The notes under the pieces: generated by a model
The model's input: only the letters and a program-made list of their open reading frames with translations
Told to the model about the DNA's origin: nothing
Databases searched by the model: none
Position numbers and translations under genes: made by a program
Part shown: positions 36,104 to 36,456 of the stretch, piece after piece
Position numbering within the stretch: position 1 is the first letter of the stretch
Layout of the letters: every line of letters starts with the position of its first letter
Origin: Paracoccaceae bacterium
Lineage (GTDB): Bacteria > Pseudomonadota > Alphaproteobacteria > Rhodobacterales > Rhodobacteraceae
Direction: 5' to 3'
Length of the DNA stretch: 36,456 bases
NCBI GenBank assembly: GCA_007129775.1
Contig: SKUV01000260.1
Coordinates: 1 to 36,456, forward strand

Positions 36104-36456
36104 CTAATCGTCCAGCGCGAGGGTGAAGGCCTGTTCGATCGGCAGCAGCACCACCATCCGGCCCGGGTCGCGTATACGGCCAGCGGCGCTGCCGGCGGCA
36201 TCGCCCGTTCCGATGAAGATATCGGCGCGCTGCGGCCCGCGGATCGCGCCGCCCGTGTCCTGTGCGAACATCAGCCGCCGCAGCGGGCTGTCGCCATCCT
36301 TCTCCACCCAGACCGGCGCGCCCAGCGGGGTGAAGGCAGGATCGACCGCGATCGACCGGCCCGGCACAAGCGCCCGGTTCATCGCCCCGCGCGGGCCCGG
36401 CGCAGTGGATTGATCCCGCAGCACGCGGAAAAAGACATAGGAAGGATCATGTTGCA
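36104..36456 (-). CDS. mltA: Membrane-bound lytic murein transglycosylase MltA, 3' part (runs off the window)
   Basis: PSYVFFR, SIAVDP and AQDTGGAIRGPQRADIF (3D domain). Confidence 0.88.
   Translation of the reverse strand, partial: QHDPSYVFFRVLRDQSTAPGPRGAMNRALVPGRSIAVDPAFTPLGAPVWVEKDGDSPLRRLMFAQDTGGAIRGPQRADIFIGTGDAAGSAAGRIRDPGRMVVLLPIEQAFTLALDD

Noticed and set aside
1-36456. CRISPR arrays, tRNA/rRNA genes, prophage, transposases, defence or toxin-antitoxin genes
   Set aside because: None recognisable by eye; not confirmed by tRNAscan or HMM searches.

Overview
A high-GC alphaproteobacterial chromosome segment (Rhodobacteraceae-like by gene order) that spans the replication origin. The core block is hemJ-rho-mnmE-mnmG-rsmG-parA-parB (minus strand), then oriC (~32270-32637; DnaA boxes, DnaA-trio-like repeats, A-rich tract), then maf-aroE-coaE-dnaQ (plus). 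Three parS sites lie in hemW/rdgB, rsmG and mnmG. Left of this block are rph-rdgB-hemW, hrcA-grpE, mutS, maeB, a thioesterase, MFS-mepA-phytase-like genes, yhhQ, arfB, NUDIX-pit, sfsA, cinA-like, GNAT, a methyltransferase plus two GT2 genes, an orphan NarL-type regulator and a HisC-like aminotransferase. The protein genes are mostly ordinary and the most interesting signals are non-coding. (1) A ~190-nt transcription unit between yhhQ and arfB has a TTGACA promoter, a 17-nt complement to the 16S rRNA 3' end, an 18-codon ORF, structured RNA and an intrinsic terminator. (2) A preQ1-I-like pseudoknot sequesters the yhhQ RBS. (3) A ~313-bp MITE-like element abuts the maeB stop codon. (4) A low-GC zone of core genes is centred on the parS sites. 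(5) An inverted PHO-box-like motif sits just upstream of pit. All calls were made by eye; no database searches were run.
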